DNA of 62,309 nucleotides, counting the filler. It is 6 parts of 6 records of this genome, joined end to end, with 100 filler letters (N's around TTAATTAATTAA, not from the genome) between each part and the next. Parts side by side here need not be neighbours in the genome. Positions count along the whole stretch, not along the records: positions 15,700 to 42,560 come from SRR31156797_22371; 5 more parts are not named here. The stretch is one strand, 5' to 3'. Of this stretch, positions 28,916-39,297 are shown piece by piece; within the stretch, counting starts at the first letter, position 1, and every line of letters begins with the position of its first letter. The notes below the pieces were generated by a model. The model was given only the letters and a program-made list of their open reading frames with translations, ran no database searches and was not told where the DNA came from. The translations under genes and the position numbers were made by a program.

Positions 28916-30226
28916 TTACCTGCCCTTGACTTTGCTGCCCTTACCCATGAGCCCCTCGTATTGACGAGATATCATGTAGGATTCAATCTTACCCATGAAG
29001 TCCATTGCAACACCGACAACGATGAGCAGTGCGGTTCCACCGAAGTAAAAAGGCACGTTGAACTGGGCGATGAGAATCATAGGCAGTACGCAGATAGCTG
29101 CAACGTACAGAGATCCCCAGAGGGTAATCCTGGTCAGAACACGGTCAATGTATTCGCGGGTTCTGTTACCGGGACGGATACCGGGGATGAAACCACCCTG
29201 CTTCTGAATATTCTCTGCAATTCCTTTAGGATCAAACATGATCGCAGTGTAAAAATAGCAAAAGAAGATAATCAGGGCGATGTATACTACGTTATATACT
29301 ACGGAAGATGGAGAGAAGTACGCAGAGAACTTAGACAGAATCTCATTATTGGAGAAGCTGGCTAAGGTTGCGGGAAACATCAGGATAGAAGATGCGAAAA
29401 TGGGAGGAATAACACCGGCGGTGTTGATTCGCAGCGGCAGATGTGTGGTCTGCCCGCCCATCATTTTGCGTCCCATCATGCGCTTGGCATAATGTATTGG
29501 AATCCTGCGCTGTCCACGCTCCATATAAACGATAAAAGCGAGAATGGCGACCATGAATACCATAACAAACAAAAGCAGAAAGAGAGTGATTTCTCCAGCC
29601 TGCATCAGTCTGAAGGTATTGAAGATAGCAGCCGGAAGGCCTGCAACAATACCGGCAAAAATGATCATAGAGATACCGTTACCGATGCCTTTCTCGGTCA
29701 TTTGCTCACCGAGCCACATCAGGAAAACAGTACCTGCTGTCAGAGTCAGGATGGTGATGCCTCTAAAGGCCCAACCTGCATGCAGTACAACAGGAGCACC
29801 GGTAGGACTGGTCATACTTTCCAGCCCAACGGCGATGCCGAAACCCTGAACTAATGTAATCAGCACAGTGCCGTATCTGGTGTACTGGGTAATCTTCTTG
29901 CGTCCCTGAGCCCCTTCTTCCTGAAGTCGCTTAATGGTGGGACTAACCACACCTAGAAGTTGAACGATAATAGACGCGGAAATATAGGGCATGATCCCTA
30001 ACGCGAATATGGACAAGTTACGCAACCCGCCGCCTGAGAACATGTCAAAAAGGCCGAAGAGAGTGTTGGAAACACTCTCAAAAAAATCGGCCAATGCTGA
30101 GCTGTCTACGCCCGGGACCGGGATGTGAATCCCGATCCGGTAGACAGCCAGAAGAAGAAAAGTCCAGAAGAGCTTTTTCTTCAGTTCCGGCAGTCGGGAA
30201 AGATTATCAACTCCAGACAATGCCAC
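28916..30226 (-). CDS. secY: preprotein translocase SecY
   Basis: SIFALGIMPYISASI, GIGNGIS, GGFIPGIRPG, FGGTALLIVV. Confidence 0.99.
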   Translation of the reverse strand: MALSGVDNLSRLPELKKKLFWTFLLLAVYRIGIHIPVPGVDSSALADFFESVSNTLFGLFDMFSGGGLRNLSIFALGIMPYISASIIVQLLGVVSPTIKRLQEEGAQGRKKITQYTRYGTVLITLVQGFGIAVGLESMTSPTGAPVVLHAGWAFRGITILTLTAGTVFLMWLGEQMTEKGIGNGISMIIFAGIVAGLPAAIFNTFRLMQAGEITLFLLLFVMVFMVAILAFIVYMERGQRRIPIHYAKRMMGRKMMGGQTTHLPLRINTAGVIPPIFASSILMFPATLASFSNNEILSKFSAYFSPSSVVYNVVYIALIIFFCYFYTAIMFDPKGIAENIQKQGGFIPGIRPGNRTREYIDRVLTRITLWGSLYVAAICVLPMILIAQFNVPFYFGGTALLIVVGVAMDFMGKIESYMISRQYEGLMGKGSKVKGR

Positions 30227-30229
30227 GTT

Positions 30230-30676
30230 TTATCCTTCCAGGGCTTTGGCAGTACCACCTGCCTTTGTGATCTTTTCAGTCGCAGATGCGCTGAAGCGGT
30301 GAGCTTCGATGGTAACAGCAGCACTTACTTCACCCATGCCGAGGACTTTCACGAGAGCGCCTTTTTTACAAAGACCTCTTTCGTACATGTCTTCGAGAGA
30401 GATTTCAGTTTTGCCTTCGAAAGCACCAAGAATCTGACCAACGTTGAGAGCTACGTACTCTTCGCGGAAAGGATTCTTGAAACCGCGCTTAGGCAGACGA
30501 CGAGCCAGAGGCATCTGACCACCTTCAAACCAGGCGGGGACACCGCCGCCGGAGCGAGCATTCTGACCCTTGTGACCCTTGCCGGAGGTTCCACCCCAGC
30601 CGGATCCGCCACCGCGACCTACGCGCTTGCGATTTTTACGTTCCTCTTGGAACGGATATATTTCGTGCAGCCTCAT
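30230..30676 (-). CDS. rplO: 50S ribosomal protein L15
   Basis: GRGGGSG..GHKGQ, FEGGQMPL.RRLPKRGF. Confidence 0.98.
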   Translation of the reverse strand: MRLHEIYPFQEERKNRKRVGRGGGSGWGGTSGKGHKGQNARSGGGVPAWFEGGQMPLARRLPKRGFKNPFREEYVALNVGQILGAFEGKTEISLEDMYERGLCKKGALVKVLGMGEVSAAVTIEAHRFSASATEKITKAGGTAKALEG

Positions 30677-30846
30677 GATTCAGATACCTCCACAAGGTGC
30701 TCAACTTTTTTGATCATCCCTCTTACGACGGGAGTATCTTCAAAGCTCTTTTCCTGCCTGATCTTGTGCAGTCCCAGCGCCTTGATAGTAGCGCGCTGTT
30801 TAGGATTGCAGCCGATCATGCTGCGAACGAGTTTTACCTTAAGCAT
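30673..30846 (-). CDS. rpmD: 50S ribosomal protein L30 (absent from the ORF track)
   Basis: Manual translation MLKVKLVRSMIGCNPKQRATIKALGLHKIRQEKSFEDTPVVRGMIKKVEHLVEVSES; ATGA overlap with rplO. Confidence 0.95.
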   Translation of the reverse strand: MLKVKLVRSMIGCNPKQRATIKALGLHKIRQEKSFEDTPVVRGMIKKVEHLVEVSES

Positions 30847-30857
30847 AACTATGTCTC

Positions 30858-31349
30858 CTACTTTCTGGGAGTCACAACTTTCTTCCCGCGGAGCTGACCA
30901 ACTTCATCAGCGCTGCGCAGGGAAGCAAGTCCGGCGATAGTCGCGCGAAGGACGTTATGCGGGTTGTTGGTGCCGATAGCCTTAGTAAGGATATCGTGTA
31001 CGCCGACAACTTCAAGTACCGCACGCACAGGACCACCGGCAATGATACCGGTACCCTTGGAAGCGGGCTTGAGCATTACGCGTCCTGCACCGTAACGGCC
31101 GAGAACTTCATAAGGAAGGGTACCGTCCAACAGAGGAACGGAGATCATTTCCTTACGGGCTTTCTCTGAAGCTTTACGAATAGCTTCAGGTACTTCATTT
31201 GCCTTACCAAGTCCGAAACCGACCTGACCTTTACCGTCACCTACCACAACCAGGGCACTGAAGGAAAACCTTCTACCGCCCTTCACGACTTTTGCGACTC
31301 GGTTGAGGTAAACGATTTTTTCAATCAGACCCAGATCATTCTGTTCCAT
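30858..31349 (-). CDS. rpsE: 30S ribosomal protein S5
   Basis: [22 protein letters not shown]; start set at MEQND. Confidence 0.98.
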   Translation of the reverse strand: MEQNDLGLIEKIVYLNRVAKVVKGGRRFSFSALVVVGDGKGQVGFGLGKANEVPEAIRKASEKARKEMISVPLLDGTLPYEVLGRYGAGRVMLKPASKGTGIIAGGPVRAVLEVVGVHDILTKAIGTNNPHNVLRATIAGLASLRSADEVGQLRGKKVVTPRK

Positions 31350-31365
31350 GGATATTCCCATAAGT

Positions 31366-31725
31366 TTAGAATTTCAGGCCACCCTCACGAGCGCCGTCTG
31401 CCAGGGCCTTGACCCTGCCGTGATAGATATAACCGCTACGATCGAAAACAACTGTTTCGATCTTCAGTTCCTTAGCTTTGGCAGCAATGTCTTTACCGAC
31501 CTGTGCTGCAGTCTCGCAGGTGAGCTTGAGAGCTTCACCGTCTTTAGCGAGTGCTTTGGAAGATGATGCGGTCACGGTTTTGCCAATCAGATCATCTACG
31601 AGCTGAGCATAGATGTGCTTATTTGAACGGAATACAACAAGACGCGGGCGAGCTGCAGTACCGCTGATTTTCTTGCGGATGCGAATCTTTTTACGCTGTC
31701 TTGCCTGTTCTTTAGTCATTTTCAT
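31366..31725 (-). CDS. rplR: 50S ribosomal protein L18
   Basis: [28 protein letters not shown]. Confidence 0.98.
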   Translation of the reverse strand: MKMTKEQARQRKKIRIRKKISGTAARPRLVVFRSNKHIYAQLVDDLIGKTVTASSSKALAKDGEALKLTCETAAQVGKDIAAKAKELKIETVVFDRSGYIYHGRVKALADGAREGGLKF

Positions 31726-31737
31726 GGCTTTACCCTA

Positions 31738-32274
31738 CTATTTACCGGACTTACCGGCTTTACGTCTGATCTGTTCATCAATGTACTTGACGCCTTTACC
31801 TTTGTAAGGCTCCGGCGGACGTACACGACGAAGCTGCGCTGCAACTTCACCGACCAGCTGCTTATCTACGCCGCTGATGGTGAGTTTTGTGTTGCCTTCT
31901 GCGCTTGCTTCGATTCCAGCAGGCAGTTCATAGTTAACGGGGTGGGAAAAACCAACGTTAAGAACGATGTTCTTACCCTGTACGTTAACCTTGTAACCAA
32001 CACCGACTACTTCCAAAGTCTTGGAGAAGCCTTTAGAGACTCCTTCAATGCAGTTGGCAAGCAGGGAACGGTGCAGGCCGTGCTGAGCACGTTCCTGACG
32101 GGAATCGCCAGACCTCTTCACCTCGACCGCATTATCAGCAACAGTGAAGCTGACCATGGGGTGTACCGGGGTGGTGATGGTGCCTTTGGGGCCCTTTACG
32201 GAAACCACGTCAGCACCAACAGTTACTTCCACTCCGGAAGGTATATCAATAGGTTTTTTTCCAATTCTGGACAT
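31738..32274 (-). CDS. rplF: 50S ribosomal protein L6
   Basis: MSRIGKKPI, PPEPYKGKG. Confidence 0.98.
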   Translation of the reverse strand: MSRIGKKPIDIPSGVEVTVGADVVSVKGPKGTITTPVHPMVSFTVADNAVEVKRSGDSRQERAQHGLHRSLLANCIEGVSKGFSKTLEVVGVGYKVNVQGKNIVLNVGFSHPVNYELPAGIEASAEGNTKLTISGVDKQLVGEVAAQLRRVRPPEPYKGKGVKYIDEQIRRKAGKSGK

Positions 32275-32286
32275 AATAAAACCTCT

Positions 32287-32670
32287 CTACCAGATTTCGC
32301 ACAAGAGTTCGCCGCCAACGTTAAGCTCTTTCGCTTTAACGCCGTCAACTACGCCCTTTGAAGTGGAAAGTATGCAAATCCCGAGTCCATTAAGGACAGA
32401 GGGAATATCTTCAACGCCTACAAACACGCGACGACCGGGTGTGCTGATTTTCTTCATGCCACTAATGAGGGCTTTTCCATCAACATACTTAAGGGTGACG
32501 TTAATTTCATTGTCTTCAGCAGTGAAGTCAACGATGTAACCTTCTTCCTTAAGAATCCCGGCGATAGCTGTTTTGATCTTGGACCCGGGAATGGCCACGG
32601 TCTTGTGATAAGCACCGTGAGCATTACGAATACGGGTCAGCATATCGGCGATAGGATCGACAACAGGCAT
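32287..32670 (-). CDS. rpsH: 30S ribosomal protein S8
   Basis: DPIADMLTRIRN, STSKG, GGELLC. Confidence 0.98.
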   Translation of the reverse strand: MPVVDPIADMLTRIRNAHGAYHKTVAIPGSKIKTAIAGILKEEGYIVDFTAEDNEINVTLKYVDGKALISGMKKISTPGRRVFVGVEDIPSVLNGLGICILSTSKGVVDGVKAKELNVGGELLCEIW

Positions 32671-32685
32671 TTTAAACTCCTTATA

Positions 32686-32871
32686 TTACCAGCTGGCTTT
32701 ACGCACGCCGGGAAGTTCACCCGCAAGGGCCTTTTCCCTGAAGCAGATACGGCAGATGCCGTACTTCCGCAGGAATGCACGAGGACGACCACAAATGGGG
32801 CATCTGTTATATTCGCGCACTTTGAACTTAGGCTTACGTTTCGCCTTAACTTTTAAAGCTGTCCTGGCCAA
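32686..32871 (-). CDS. rpsN: 30S ribosomal protein S14, Zn-binding type
   Basis: RCPICGR...ICRICFR...PGVRKASW. Confidence 0.97.
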   Translation of the reverse strand: MARTALKVKAKRKPKFKVREYNRCPICGRPRAFLRKYGICRICFREKALAGELPGVRKASW

Positions 32872-32883
32872 AACGATATCCTC

Positions 32884-33423
32884 CTATTTCTTGAAGGGCA
32901 TACCAAGAAGCTCGAGGAGCATCTTGCCTTCTTTATCAGTTTTAGCAGAGGTGACGATAGTCACGTTCATCCCTTTGGTGATCTCGATCTGATCGAGCTG
33001 AATCTCAGGAAAGATAGTCAATTCCTTGATTCCCAGGGTGAAGTTACCGCGACCATCGAAGCCTTTGTCAGGGATGCCGCGAAAATCGCGTACGCGAGGA
33101 AGTGCAAAGCTGATCAGCTTGTCCAGGAAGTCCCACATGAGTTCTCTGCGAAGAGTTACACGGGAACCTACAGGCATTCCTTCACGCAGCTTAAAAGCTG
33201 CAATTGACTTTTTCGCTCTGGTGACAACTGCTTTCTGACCGGCAATAGCGGTCAATTCTGCAACAGCACCGTCGATGAGCTTAGCGTTCTGGCTTGCTTC
33301 ACCGAGTCCGATGTTCAGAGAGATTGCCTTGATACCGGGAATCTCCATCGAGCTCTTGTACCCGAACTCTTTATTAAGAGCCGGGGCGACCTTGTCCGTA
33401 TATATTTTTTCGAGACGTGTCAT
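32884..33423 (-). CDS. rplE: 50S ribosomal protein L5
   Basis: [24 protein letters not shown]. Confidence 0.98.
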   Translation of the reverse strand: MTRLEKIYTDKVAPALNKEFGYKSSMEIPGIKAISLNIGLGEASQNAKLIDGAVAELTAIAGQKAVVTRAKKSIAAFKLREGMPVGSRVTLRRELMWDFLDKLISFALPRVRDFRGIPDKGFDGRGNFTLGIKELTIFPEIQLDQIEITKGMNVTIVTSAKTDKEGKMLLELLGMPFKK

Positions 33424-33432
33424 CGCAAAACC

Positions 33433-33750
33433 CTAGTCGATGATTTCGTTACATTTTTTACAAAAACGGATGTTTTTTCCGTCTTCGGTCTCACGAATTC
33501 CAACTCTGGTTGCTTTTGTGCAAGCAGGGCACACAACCTGAATGTTGGAGATGTGAATAGGGGCTTCTTTCTCAACAATTCCGCCGGGCTGGTTTGCATA
33601 CGGATTAGGCTTTGTGTGCCTGGAAACCATATTAACCTGCTCAATGAGGACTACGTCCTTCTTGCGGTTGATCTTAAGGACCTTGCCGATCTTCCCCTTA
33701 TCCTTGCCGGCGATGACCATTACTTTGTCATCAACATGTATCTTGTTCAT
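33433..33750 (-). CDS. rplX: 50S ribosomal protein L24
   Basis: [19 protein letters not shown]. Confidence 0.97.
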   Translation of the reverse strand: MNKIHVDDKVMVIAGKDKGKIGKVLKINRKKDVVLIEQVNMVSRHTKPNPYANQPGGIVEKEAPIHISNIQVVCPACTKATRVGIRETEDGKNIRFCKKCNEIID

Positions 33751-33775
33751 GCCGTTTACCTTCTTGTGATAAGGA

Positions 33776-34144
33776 TTACAGTACCTCAGGTGCCAGAGAA
33801 ACGATCTTCATGAACCCGCAGGCTCTGAGTTCTCTAGCTACGGGCCCGAAAATACGGGTCCCTACCGGGTCACTTGAGTTATTAAGAAGAACGGCAGAGT
33901 TATTGTCGAACTTGATGTAAGAACCGTCAGGACGACCAATTTCTTTCTTGGTACGAACAACGACCGCCTTCATCACAGCGCCCTTCTTCACTTTGGAATG
34001 GGGCATCGCTTCCTTAACGGAAACTACAATAATGTCTCCGACACTGGCGTAGCGTCTCTTGGAACCGCCCAGTACCTTGATACAAGATACTTTCTTGGCA
34101 CCAGAGTTATCCGCTACGTCAAGTTTGGATTCTACCTGAATCAT
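33776..34144 (-). CDS. rplN: 50S ribosomal protein L14
   Basis: [27 protein letters not shown]. Confidence 0.99.
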   Translation of the reverse strand: MIQVESKLDVADNSGAKKVSCIKVLGGSKRRYASVGDIIVVSVKEAMPHSKVKKGAVMKAVVVRTKKEIGRPDGSYIKFDNNSAVLLNNSSDPVGTRIFGPVARELRACGFMKIVSLAPEVL

Positions 34145-34155
34145 AGCTAATACCC

Positions 34156-34422
34156 CTAAACTGCTTTTTCCAGAATTTTATCGAGATGCCACCTTTTGCG
34201 CCGGCTAAGGGGGCGGAATTCAACAATCTGTACCTTATCGCCGATACCGCACTCATTGGACGGATCATGTGCCATGAATTTGGTATGGCGACGGATGTAT
34301 TTTTTATACAGGGAATGCTTAACGAGGGTCTCGCAACGCACGACAATAGTCTTGTCGGCTTTGTCAGAGACAACCACGCCGGTCAGCACGCGCCTGTTTC
34401 CTTTCAGATTAAGCTCTGCCAT
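34156..34422 (-). CDS. rpsQ: 30S ribosomal protein S17
   Basis: [20 protein letters not shown]. Confidence 0.98.
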   Translation of the reverse strand: MAELNLKGNRRVLTGVVVSDKADKTIVVRCETLVKHSLYKKYIRRHTKFMAHDPSNECGIGDKVQIVEFRPLSRRKRWHLDKILEKAV

Positions 34423-34425
34423 GGC

Positions 34426-34620
34426 TTATGCTCCCAGTTCCTTTTCACGCTGCACGGTGAGGATCTTTGCGATGTCTTTTTTTACATCGGACAGTCTCTG
34501 GGTGTTTTCCAGCTGTGCAGTAGCATGCTGGAAACGAAGGTTGAAAAGCTCCTGACGGGCTTCTGCAAGCTTCTCATTCAGAGCAGCGTTGTCGAGTTCA
34601 CGAAGTTCTGTGGCTTTCAT
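34426..34620 (-). CDS. rpmC: 50S ribosomal protein L29
   Basis: ELFNLRFQ, KKDIAKILT. Confidence 0.97.
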   Translation of the reverse strand: MKATELRELDNAALNEKLAEARQELFNLRFQHATAQLENTQRLSDVKKDIAKILTVQREKELGA

Positions 34621-34621
34621 T

Positions 34622-35035
34622 TTACAATCCCTCCTTGACTACGATGGTAGTTTTAACAGGAAGTTTGTGGGATGCACGGACCAAAGCTTCTTTGGCCAGT
34701 TCAATGTCAACACCCTTTACTTCGTACAGAATGCGACCGGGTTTAACCGGGGCAACCCAACCAACCGGGGAACCTTTACCTTTACCCTGTCTGACTTCAG
34801 CAGGCTTAGCAGTAATAGGCATATCAGGGAAAACCCTGATCCATACCTGACCGCCACGCTTGATGTGACGCATGATAGCGACACGAGCTGCTTCGATCTG
34901 GTTGTTGGTAAGTTTTCCGTGTTCCAGAGTCTTAATCGCGATATCACCGAAAGCGATTGTAGAACCGCGCTGAGCTTTACCTTTCAGGCGACCTTTCTGA
35001 CGCTTACGGAATTTAACTTTTTTAGGTGATAGCAT
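34622..35035 (-). CDS. rplP: 50S ribosomal protein L16
   Basis: [22 protein letters not shown]. Confidence 0.98.
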   Translation of the reverse strand: MLSPKKVKFRKRQKGRLKGKAQRGSTIAFGDIAIKTLEHGKLTNNQIEAARVAIMRHIKRGGQVWIRVFPDMPITAKPAEVRQGKGKGSPVGWVAPVKPGRILYEVKGVDIELAKEALVRASHKLPVKTTIVVKEGL

Positions 35036-35676
35036 TACTGTTCCACCTCGTGGTCGAGAATTTCACCTTTGAAGATCCAGACCTTGATGCCGATGACACC
35101 GTAGGTGGTGTTAGCGCGTGCTACACCGTAGTCGATGTCAGCTCTGAGAGTCTGAAGGGGTACACGGCCATCGCGGTACCATTCAGTACGTGCGATTTCA
35201 GCACCGGCAAGACGACCGGCACAAGCCACTTTAATACCCTCTGCGCCGAACTTGCGAGCGAGGCCCACAATACGCTTCATAGCGCGACGAAAAGCCACAC
35301 GGCGCTCAAGCTGCTGTGCAATATTCTCAGCAACGAGCTGCGCGTCGGTTTCGGGACGGCGAATTTCGCTAACTTCAAGAGCGAATTCTTTATTGAATTT
35401 TCTACGAAGATCTTCGCGGAGCTTTTCAATCTCAACACCTTTACGACCGATGATAATACCGGGACGTGCAGTGTGGATGATCAGACGGATTTTGCCGCCT
35501 GCACGCTCAATCTCAATCTTGGAGACGCCTGCGTGAAAGATCTTCTCTTTTACATATTTACGAATGCTGTCGTCTTCGTAGACGAAAGCGGGATAGTCCT
35601 TACTGGAGAACCATCTGGAAAGCCAGTTCTTGGTGTATCCAAGTCTGAAGCCGTATGGATGTACTTTCTGACCCAT
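35035..35676 (-). CDS. rpsC: 30S ribosomal protein S3
   Basis: [26 protein letters not shown]. Confidence 0.99.
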   Translation of the reverse strand: MGQKVHPYGFRLGYTKNWLSRWFSSKDYPAFVYEDDSIRKYVKEKIFHAGVSKIEIERAGGKIRLIIHTARPGIIIGRKGVEIEKLREDLRRKFNKEFALEVSEIRRPETDAQLVAENIAQQLERRVAFRRAMKRIVGLARKFGAEGIKVACAGRLAGAEIARTEWYRDGRVPLQTLRADIDYGVARANTTYGVIGIKVWIFKGEILDHEVEQ

Positions 35677-35685
35677 GACACTACC

Positions 35686-36018
35686 CTACATTTCTTTAAC
35701 TACGACGGTTATATGGCTGGTGCGCTTGCGAATGCGATACGCACGACCCATAGCCCTGGGCTGAATTCTCTTCCAGGTAGGACCTTCGTCAACTTTGACG
35801 ACGTCTACACAAAGAGAGTCAACATCCACTCCGGGAATCTGCTCGGCGTTAGCCACTGCAGAATAAAGCACTTTACTGAGCATTTCAGCACCCTTTTTGG
35901 GAGTGAACTTCAGGATGTTGAGGGCTTCCTCAACAGGCTTTCCCTTGATGTTTTCCGCTACCAAGCGCACTTTCCTAGCAGAAATGCGCATATATTTTGC
36001 AATAGCTCTTGCTTCCAT
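35686..36018 (-). CDS. rplV: 50S ribosomal protein L22
   Basis: RISARKVRLV, PRAMGRA..IRKRTSHI. Confidence 0.98.
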   Translation of the reverse strand: MEARAIAKYMRISARKVRLVAENIKGKPVEEALNILKFTPKKGAEMLSKVLYSAVANAEQIPGVDVDSLCVDVVKVDEGPTWKRIQPRAMGRAYRIRKRTSHITVVVKEM

Positions 36019-36031
36019 TGCTCAACACCTT

Positions 36032-36313
36032 CTAGCGTTTGGCCTTGCTTTTCTTATCTGCAGCGTGGCCGTAGTAGGTACGGGTGGGGGAGAATTCGCC
36101 CAACTTGTGTCCTACCATGTTTTCGGTCACGAAGACAGGGATAAACTTACGGCCATTATGTACTGCGAAGGTCAAACCTACCATTTCAGGAATGATAGTG
36201 GAGCGACGGGACCAGGTCTGGATAACCTTGCGGTCACCTGAATCCTGAGCTTTTACGACCTTTTTAAGCAGATGATCGTCAATAAACGGGCCTTTTTTCA
36301 GTGATCTTGGCAT
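36032..36313 (-). CDS. rpsS: 30S ribosomal protein S19
   Basis: [21 protein letters not shown]. Confidence 0.99.
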   Translation of the reverse strand: MPRSLKKGPFIDDHLLKKVVKAQDSGDRKVIQTWSRRSTIIPEMVGLTFAVHNGRKFIPVFVTENMVGHKLGEFSPTRTYYGHAADKKSKAKR

Positions 36314-36322
36314 TACAGTCTC

Positions 36323-37153
36323 CTACCTCTGCCCGCGGCGTTTAACGATGAGCTTGGAAGAAGGTTTCTTCTTACTGCGGGTTTTGTATCCCTTAGCAGG
36401 CATACCCCAAGGAGAAACGGGGTGTCTACCACCGGAACTGCGACCTTCACCACCACCAAGGGGGTGATCGATCGGGTTCATGGCAACACCACGAACTTTA
36501 GGTCTACGACCCAGCCAGCGGTTACGGCCAGCTTTACCGAGGGTAATGTTCTCGTGGTGGATGTTACCAACCTGACCTACGGTTGCACAACAAGTAGCGA
36601 GCACCTTGCGGACTTCACCGGAAGGCATGCGCAGAAGAGCATATTTGCCTTCTTTCGCGATAAGCTGTGCGTAGGTGCCGGCAGCGCGGCAGAACTGGCC
36701 ACCTTTGCCGGGATACAATTCGATATTGTGAACGATAGTACCAACAGGAATATTCTTCAGCAGGAGAGCGTTGCCGGGTTTAATATCGGCTTTCTCACCA
36801 GCGAGAATCTTGTCACCCTTGTTCAGTCCTACGGGACAAAGGATGTAGCGCTTTTCACCGTCTGCATAGTTGAGCAGAGCGATGCGAGCGGACCTGTTGG
36901 GATCATATTCGATTGAAGCAACAGTTGCGGGTACTTCTACTTTGTTACGTTTGAAGTCGATGATACGGTAAAGACGCTTAACGCCACCGCCACGACGACG
37001 GGAAGTAACCCGGCCGTTATTGTTTCTACCGGCCTTCTTGGTCAGCCCCTTGGTAAGGGACTTTTCCGGAGTAGACTTAGTAATCTCCTCAAAGGTGGAG
37101 ATAGTCTGGAACCGGCGACCGGGGGAGGTCGGCTTCAGTTTACGAGTAGCCAT
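36323..37153 (-). CDS. rplB: 50S ribosomal protein L2
   Basis: [30 protein letters not shown]. Confidence 0.99.
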   Translation of the reverse strand: MATRKLKPTSPGRRFQTISTFEEITKSTPEKSLTKGLTKKAGRNNNGRVTSRRRGGGVKRLYRIIDFKRNKVEVPATVASIEYDPNRSARIALLNYADGEKRYILCPVGLNKGDKILAGEKADIKPGNALLLKNIPVGTIVHNIELYPGKGGQFCRAAGTYAQLIAKEGKYALLRMPSGEVRKVLATCCATVGQVGNIHHENITLGKAGRNRWLGRRPKVRGVAMNPIDHPLGGGEGRSSGGRHPVSPWGMPAKGYKTRSKKKPSSKLIVKRRGQR

Positions 37154-37156
37154 CTC

Positions 37157-37447
37157 TTAGACTCCTTCGAAGAATTCGATTTTTTCGCCTTCAGAAAGCT
37201 TTACGTAAGCTTTCTTGTAGCCGGACAATTTACCGACAACACGGCCGAACTTTCTGCGAAGACCGGGTCTTTTGCGTACGATACGTACGGAATCAACCTT
37301 TACGTCAAAAGCGGATTCAACAGCTTTTTTGACTTCAGTCTTGTTGGCAGAAGGCAGCACGTAGAAGGCAACCTGATTGGCTGCTTCCTTAATGTCAGTA
37401 GCCTTTTCCGATATTACCGGTTTGATAAGAATCTGAGTATAGTCCAT
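37157..37447 (-). CDS. rplW: 50S ribosomal protein L23
   Basis: PVISEKA, KKAYVKL. Confidence 0.97.
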   Translation of the reverse strand: MDYTQILIKPVISEKATDIKEAANQVAFYVLPSANKTEVKKAVESAFDVKVDSVRIVRKRPGLRRKFGRVVGKLSGYKKAYVKLSEGEKIEFFEGV

Positions 37448-37449
37448 GA

Positions 37450-38070
37450 CTATTTTAACCTCTCCTGCAGATCCTGTGCTGCGTTCTCAAGCACTACCAG
37501 CTGACGAGCTTTCAGAATGTCATAAACATTCAACTGATCAGCAGTGATAAGCTTAATGCCGGGGATGTTCCTCGCAGAAAGGAGGAGTTTGTTATCTGCG
37601 TCCTTAACAACGACCAAGGCTTTTTCGAGACCCAGAGCTTCAGCAACTTCAACGAAGAGCTTAGTCTTGATTTCGGGAAGGTCGATGCTCTTCACAACCA
37701 TCATCTTTTCTTCGCTGAGTCTGGAAGTGAGGGCCATCTTGAGAGCAAGACGACGGACCTTTTTATTAACCTTGAAGGAATAGTCGCGGGGCTGGGGACC
37801 GAAAGTGGTTCCACCACCACGCCACAAGGGTGAACGTGTGGACCCTGCACGAGCACGACCGGTGCCTTTCTGGCGCCAGGGCTTTGCACCACCGCCACGT
37901 TTCATACCACGAGTCTTAGTGGCATGAGTACCCTGGCGTTTGGCTGCAAGCTGGGAACGTACTACGAGATGCAGGATTTCGGGCTTGACCGGAACTTCGA
38001 AAACTTCCGGAGCAAGATCCATGCTCCCGACTTCCTTTTTAGTTTGATCATATATAGTAATGGTAGCCAT
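37450..38070 (-). CDS. rplD: 50S ribosomal protein L4
   Basis: KPWRQKGTGRAR.GS.RSP. Confidence 0.98.
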   Translation of the reverse strand: MATITIYDQTKKEVGSMDLAPEVFEVPVKPEILHLVVRSQLAAKRQGTHATKTRGMKRGGGAKPWRQKGTGRARAGSTRSPLWRGGGTTFGPQPRDYSFKVNKKVRRLALKMALTSRLSEEKMMVVKSIDLPEIKTKLFVEVAEALGLEKALVVVKDADNKLLLSARNIPGIKLITADQLNVYDILKARQLVVLENAAQDLQERLK

Positions 38071-38082
38071 TTTTTAATTCCT

Positions 38083-38715
38083 CTAGCTGGTCTTGCGGAT
38101 CATAACGAGACCGTTCTTAGGACCGGGAACCTGTCCCTTTACCACGAGAACGTTTTCGTCAGTGCGAACGTCTACGATTTCAATGTTGGAAACAGTAACG
38201 CGCTCGTTACCCATCTGACCGGGCATTTTTTTGCCTTTGAATACTTTGCCAGGGAAAGTAGCGTGGCCGATGGAACCAGGAGAACGGTGTACCTTTTCAG
38301 CACCGTGAGATGCACGGGAACCTGCGAAGTTCCAGCGCTTCATTACGCCCTGGAAGCCTTTACCCTTTGAGGTGCCGGTAACTTTTACCTTTTCACCTGC
38401 GGCAAAGATGTCCACGGAGATTTCCTGGCCCAGTTCGTAGTCAGCTACAGTATCAAGGGAAAACTCGCGAAGGTGACGGAAGTAGCCTTTGCCGGCTTTA
38501 TCCTGATGACCTTTAGCGGGCTTATTAACCTTGCGCTCGGGAAGAGCGTCGTAGCCGAGCTGGATGGCGTTGTAGCCTTCTTTCTCTTCAGTCTTAACCT
38601 GCATAACAGGACAAGGACCTACTTCGAGAACAGTGACAGGCACGATAGAACCATCGTCTGCGAAGACGCGGGTCATGCCCAGTTTTTTACCGAGTAAACC
38701 GATAGTTTTTGCCAT
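38083..38715 (-). CDS. rplC: 50S ribosomal protein L3
   Basis: [22 protein letters not shown]. Confidence 0.98.
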   Translation of the reverse strand: MAKTIGLLGKKLGMTRVFADDGSIVPVTVLEVGPCPVMQVKTEEKEGYNAIQLGYDALPERKVNKPAKGHQDKAGKGYFRHLREFSLDTVADYELGQEISVDIFAAGEKVKVTGTSKGKGFQGVMKRWNFAGSRASHGAEKVHRSPGSIGHATFPGKVFKGKKMPGQMGNERVTVSNIEIVDVRTDENVLVVKGQVPGPKNGLVMIRKTS

Positions 38716-38729
38716 GTTGAATCCCTCCC

Positions 38730-39047
38730 TTACAGCTTGATTTCAACGTCAACACCAGCGGGCAGGCTGAGCTTGCCGAGCGCGTCAACGGTCTGCTGGG
38801 TGGGTTCAAGAATATCAAGCAGACGCTTGTGGATTCTCATCTCAAACTGCTCACGAGACTTTTTGTCTACGTGCACAGAACGCTGAATGGTAGTCCGGCT
38901 GATCTGTGTTGGCAGAGGGATGGGACCTGCGATAGCAGCGCCAGTATTGCGGGCAGTATCCACAATCTCGGTAACTGCTTTATCAAGGATACGGTAATCG
39001 TATGCCTTGAGCTTGATCCTGATTCGATCACTAGTCATAGAAACCAT
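38730..39047 (-). CDS. rpsJ: 30S ribosomal protein S10
   Basis: [22 protein letters not shown]. Confidence 0.99.
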   Translation of the reverse strand: MVSMTSDRIRIKLKAYDYRILDKAVTEIVDTARNTGAAIAGPIPLPTQISRTTIQRSVHVDKKSREQFEMRIHKRLLDILEPTQQTVDALGKLSLPAGVDVEIKL

Positions 39048-39199
39048 GTTAATTTCTCCTAATTGAATTCAGAGACGGCCTTTTTAACTTGCAACAGTAA
39101 GAAGGAGTGTGAGGTAAACCTTCCGGGCCTGGTATGGTCGTCCGGCCAGCATGCCAAACCTTATACCTTATCTCTGTGGTTTCACGGGCGGGTTCCCGT

Positions 39200-39241
39200 A
39201 AAAAATAAGAACCTCCCGAACTCGTATGAGGTCCGGGAGGT
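39200..39241 (-). terminator. putative terminator after fusA, overlapping a candidate S10-operon promoter
   Basis: Minus strand ACCTCCCG...CGGGAGGT hairpin followed by TCTTATTTTTT; TTGACA at 39263-39268. Confidence 0.55.
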
Positions 39242-39297
39242 ATAGTGCTTTTTCAGCCTTGCTGTCAAGCGATAATCAGATAAAAATCAAAATTAGT

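Noticed and set aside
27840..30226. adk and infA missing between secY and rpmJ, and tuf missing after fusA
   Set aside because: As I recall this is the usual Desulfovibrio arrangement, with those genes located elsewhere
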